This document shows, piece by piece, positions 60,461 to 64,000 of a stretch of DNA of 64,000 bases. Under the pieces are notes generated by a model. It saw only the letters and a list, made by a program, of their open reading frames with translations. It did not search any database and was not told where the DNA came from. The position numbers and the translations under genes are program-made. The stretch is from Fidelibacterota bacterium (GTDB taxonomy: Bacteria; Fidelibacterota; Marinisomatia; SCGC-AAA003-L08; GCA-002704045). The DNA lies in NCBI GenBank assembly GCA_002703375.1, contig NZTO01000049.1:38901-102900 (forward strand). The letters are read 5' to 3'. Each line of letters starts with the position of its first letter. Positions within the stretch are counted from its first letter, which is position 1.

Positions 60461-61750
60461 ATGGAACATACTAACGATTTATCTTGTTGTGATACAAAAT
60501 CAGAAGTTGAGAACAAAAAAGAAGCCCTAGATATTGTAAAATCAATCTCTGAAAATATGGGTGAAACCGTGATAACCAACTTATCTAAAACTAAAGATAC
60601 CACAGTAACAGAAGAAGATGACAAAATGAAAACAGATGCTGAAATAAAAGAACTGTCCTCTCTTTTTAATAAAGAACCAACAACAAAATCACAATCTCAT
60701 AGAAAACAGGTTTTATCTAAAAAAATAAATCCAAAGGTTAATACTTTACTTGCTAAAAAACCAAAGCCGGTACCTCAACATAAACCATTGCCAATTCATA
60801 GATCAAATACTGATTCATCTAAAAATTTACCACCTCCTCCACCTAAAGGTGACGCCCCTAAACTTGAATTCGACCCAAATAAAAAAACTTCCAAACCAGT
60901 TCTAAAAAAGTTACCCACAACTACTATACAAAAACCCCAGGGAAAAAAAGAATTAGTCTTTGTTCTTAGAGGTCACATTCGTGACGCCTTTGATGATAAC
61001 TCTAAAATTAAAGATTTTGTAAAATTATTAAGCCAAAAATATAATATTGTCATCTATGTTCACACGTGGAACAAAAAAGAATGCAAAAAAACGTGGAGAC
61101 ATGAAGCCTCTATGTACAGTTGGAAAAAAACACCTGAAGAATTAAAGGTTACTAAGGATACTGTAATGGAATATTTTAGTGATTTTAAACATCTCATCAA
61201 AAAAATCTCTCTGGAAGATGAAGAACTTGTTAAACTAAATGGTCGCACTGAAGGACAACTTACTAAAATATGCACCATGCCAACAAAAAGTTGGAAATAC
61301 TTTGTTCATAACTTATATACCAGTCTAACCGAAATATTACCTGAAGACCGTCACAAAACTATATTCTCTTTGCGACTAGATATGATTCAAACCCGACTCT
61401 TCAGCACCTGGCATGGATTTAATCACGATAATATGCTTGATTCATTCTTTAAAATATGCTGCAGTTATATAGACCGTTCCAATCTAAAATACAAATGGTG
61501 CAAAATGCAATCTATCGGTGGAAGCAGTTCCGGGTATGATAATGCCCTCTTAGGAGAATTTGACTACCTCGAAAGAATATTCCATCTTCTTGAAATGAAA
61601 TTGGATGATGTTCTTGTAAAATGCGCAGAACAATGCGACAGCAGAAACCAAGAAATTTTTGTGGAGAGATTGAGAGATAAACTTATTCATAATATCAACT
61701 ATTTTAACTTCATTTTTACCGGGGAACAGCCCCCAAAATTAAAATCATAG
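60461..61750 (+). CDS. Protein with a disordered Pro/Lys-rich N-terminus and a glycosyltransferase-like C-terminal domain
   Basis: VFVLRGHIR, IYVHTW, LRLD, DN..LG pattern seen in proteins of viral glycan clusters. Confidence 0.45.
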   Translation: MEHTNDLSCCDTKSEVENKKEALDIVKSISENMGETVITNLSKTKDTTVTEEDDKMKTDAEIKELSSLFNKEPTTKSQSHRKQVLSKKINPKVNTLLAKKPKPVPQHKPLPIHRSNTDSSKNLPPPPPKGDAPKLEFDPNKKTSKPVLKKLPTTTIQKPQGKKELVFVLRGHIRDAFDDNSKIKDFVKLLSQKYNIVIYVHTWNKKECKKTWRHEASMYSWKKTPEELKVTKDTVMEYFSDFKHLIKKISLEDEELVKLNGRTEGQLTKICTMPTKSWKYFVHNLYTSLTEILPEDRHKTIFSLRLDMIQTRLFSTWHGFNHDNMLDSFFKICCSYIDRSNLKYKWCKMQSIGGSSSGYDNALLGEFDYLERIFHLLEMKLDDVLVKCAEQCDSRNQEIFVERLRDKLIHNINYFNFIFTGEQPPKLKS

Positions 61751-61846
61751 CATGTTGTAATATCACGATATACATAATGTTAGTAATATACTTATATTTA
61801 GCATAGTCAAACTTTTATTACCGGATTAAAATATATTGATATATAT

Positions 61847-63940
61847 ATGCGTTTTGAAGAAGGAGGAGGAAGAAAAAAAGAATGGGAGTGTACATTAAAA
61901 AATAATAAACCTATGTATGTAAATGCTAAAAAAGGTATAGAACATCCTATATTTTTAAATAAAAAATTACGACCAACCTATAGAAACAAAAATGGTATCG
62001 TAATGGAAGCAAAAGATTGCCCACAAGAATATAATGCATTATTAAAGAGTGAATCAAAAAAGACTCTGAAAACAAATCAATTGACCCTAAAAAGTAATCG
62101 ATTGGAAAATATGGTTAAAAAAACATTGGAAAAAAAAATAGTATTAAATAAAAAATCGCCATCACTGACACTATCTCAAAAGAAAACATCTCTGCCTAAA
62201 CCTAATAAACTTATTATTGGCGAGTATATTGATAAACTCAAAAAGGGTGAACCATTACCCAGAAATAAAACGGTAAAAAAACTTACAAAATTTTGCAAAC
62301 TTGCAAGTAAAAAAAACGCATTTGTATATACCACAAAAGAAGTTATAAAGCCAACCAAAAAACCCAAGACTCCTACACCTACTAAGACAAAGAGCCCTAC
62401 AATGAATCCAAATGCAAAGACATTTATACCACAAGTGAAAATTCCCACGCCTAAATCCAAGAATCCTACTCCCAAAGCAAAAACCTCCAAGCTTCGCAAT
62501 TCTTTCTTTGGTAGTCCTCCTAAAGCAAAAATACCCGCGCCTAAACCTAAAACACAATCACCAGTCTCACAAGTTAAACAACCTTGTGGAAACGGTAAAC
62601 GATGTAAAAAAGGTACAAAATGTAATAAAAAAACAGGTTTCTGCATACCTATGGGTTCAAATAAAACTGCAAAGAAAACGCAACCAGTAACAAAGCGTGT
62701 AAGTGACAGCTTGCAAATCATGCAATATCAAGAAGAAGAGTTAAAAGAACTTGGATTAAAAAAAAACGACTTCTATGAGGATGTCTGCCTTGTATTAAAA
62801 AATATACGCAAAAAACTGCATACCCCAGGAGAAAAACAAAAAGAGGAAGAATGGTCGAGTAATAAATTAGTAAAAATGCATGACTTAGTGCCTCATACAC
62901 GAGATAAAAAAGGAAAATTAATTAAAGGAAATAACGTTCATCGAGAACAATATTTAGGTGATAAAGAAATTAAATTTACACATATTTTAGGGAAGGGTGG
63001 ATATGGTAGAATTCATGGAGGAACCTACGGTGGTAGACCATGTGCTATCAAAGAATCTCTCGATTCTATGGATAGTCGTATAGATATAGAGGATTATTAT
63101 GGTGAAATTATAAAACAAAATGAATTATTTTGTCAAGCCCATCGTGCTAAATTAAATCAACCTAAATATGCTAAGATACCTAAACCCTTATTCATTGCAA
63201 ATATGGATAAAACTCCACTACTTGGCATGGAACCCTTAGACGATTCCTTATATAATTTTATTAAAAAATCAAAAGCTCCTTCTACAATAAAAGAGGATAT
63301 CATTACACATAAGCGAAAGATGACAAAGGTCATTACTGATATGTTTGAATGTATATGTAATACCCTTATTTATCTTCAAGAAAAATATGATTTTTATCAT
63401 AGAGATATGCACTGCGGAAACATTATGTATCGCAAAAGCGGTGAGACTTACCAATGGTTTTTAATTGATTTTGGAATGTCGACATTTAAATTGCACGATT
63501 ATAGATTCAGTAATGATGGAGCTGGGCCTTATGGTAAATTCAATAGTGAATTAATAAAAACTGGTTATGGGAAAGGTCGAAAAGGACATGACTTGCGATT
63601 AACCCTTTTATTTATGTTTGAATTGATAGAAGACAACCTTGATAAAATGATACTACCAGAAGCGTTCAATATTTTAAATGCTATATATATTAAAATAAAA
63701 AATGATATTCGAAAGAATTCTATAGGTAACAGTCCTGTATTCTGGCATCGTGGTTATAAAGATGCATTTAATAATCTTATTACCAGAGAAACCGAGCCAA
63801 AGGTATTTCTAGCAGAAACAATACCACAACTTCGGCAGATCATTTTGAACAACCGTAATCCCGCTATTTCTTTAAAATCAAAAAACAAACCGAAAAAAGA
63901 ATTTATATTTGTTGAAAGAAAAGAAGGTAAAAAAAAATAG
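61847..63940 (+). CDS. Ser/Thr protein kinase with a long basic Pro-rich N-terminus
   Basis: LGKGGYG, AIKE, HRDMHCGNIM, LIDFG. Confidence 0.88.
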   Translation: MRFEEGGGRKKEWECTLKNNKPMYVNAKKGIEHPIFLNKKLRPTYRNKNGIVMEAKDCPQEYNALLKSESKKTLKTNQLTLKSNRLENMVKKTLEKKIVLNKKSPSLTLSQKKTSLPKPNKLIIGEYIDKLKKGEPLPRNKTVKKLTKFCKLASKKNAFVYTTKEVIKPTKKPKTPTPTKTKSPTMNPNAKTFIPQVKIPTPKSKNPTPKAKTSKLRNSFFGSPPKAKIPAPKPKTQSPVSQVKQPCGNGKRCKKGTKCNKKTGFCIPMGSNKTAKKTQPVTKRVSDSLQIMQYQEEELKELGLKKNDFYEDVCLVLKNIRKKLHTPGEKQKEEEWSSNKLVKMHDLVPHTRDKKGKLIKGNNVHREQYLGDKEIKFTHILGKGGYGRIHGGTYGGRPCAIKESLDSMDSRIDIEDYYGEIIKQNELFCQAHRAKLNQPKYAKIPKPLFIANMDKTPLLGMEPLDDSLYNFIKKSKAPSTIKEDIITHKRKMTKVITDMFECICNTLIYLQEKYDFYHRDMHCGNIMYRKSGETYQWFLIDFGMSTFKLHDYRFSNDGAGPYGKFNSELIKTGYGKGRKGHDLRLTLLFMFELIEDNLDKMILPEAFNILNAIYIKIKNDIRKNSIGNSPVFWHRGYKDAFNNLITRETEPKVFLAETIPQLRQIILNNRNPAISLKSKNKPKKEFIFVERKEGKKK

Positions 63941-63946
63941 ATAAAT

Positions 63947-63982
63947 ATTTAAATAAGTATAAACTTAAATACTTATTTAAAT
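63947..63982 (+). terminator. Hairpin after the kinase gene
   Basis: 14-bp perfect stem ATTTAAATAAGTAT/ATACTTATTTAAAT with an 8-nt loop. Confidence 0.7.
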
Positions 63983-64000
63983 GAATATATATGTCAAAAA

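Noticed and set aside
62176..62721. 181-aa hydrophobic antisense ORF
   Set aside because: Mirror of the Lys/Pro/Thr-rich kinase arm

Overview
AT-rich, gene-dense, intron-free segment of a giant dsDNA virus (Nucleocytoviricota, Imitervirales; gene content and order most like Mesomimiviridae, the alga-infecting relatives of Mimivirus). Core genes: major capsid protein, VLTF3, A32 packaging ATPase, kinase, RFC-like subunit, P9-like minor capsid protein, Rpb3/11 RNA polymerase subunit, poly(A) polymerase, SF2 helicase, asparagine synthetase and dCMP deaminase. Seven Mimivirus-type AAAATTGA early promoters and several 3' hairpins are visible. Accessory genes include ubiquitin, a RING protein, a papain-like protease, a SemiSWEET/PQ-loop transporter, an AHH-type nuclease, two ATP-grasp ligases (one TTL-like), a three-domain 2OG-Fe(II)/prolyl hydroxylase, and a glycan cluster (GT17, GMD, methyltransferase, GT11-like). 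The most striking observation is that two bacterial/plastid-type proteins, a minimal sigma-70 factor and a ClpP protease with an intact catalytic triad, both start with a signal peptide followed by an aromatic residue. This resembles the bipartite leader used for import into four-membrane algal plastids and suggests a viral module that reprograms plastid transcription and proteolysis. All family calls come from motif recognition by eye; no searches were run. No tRNA, rRNA, CRISPR array or transposase was recognised.
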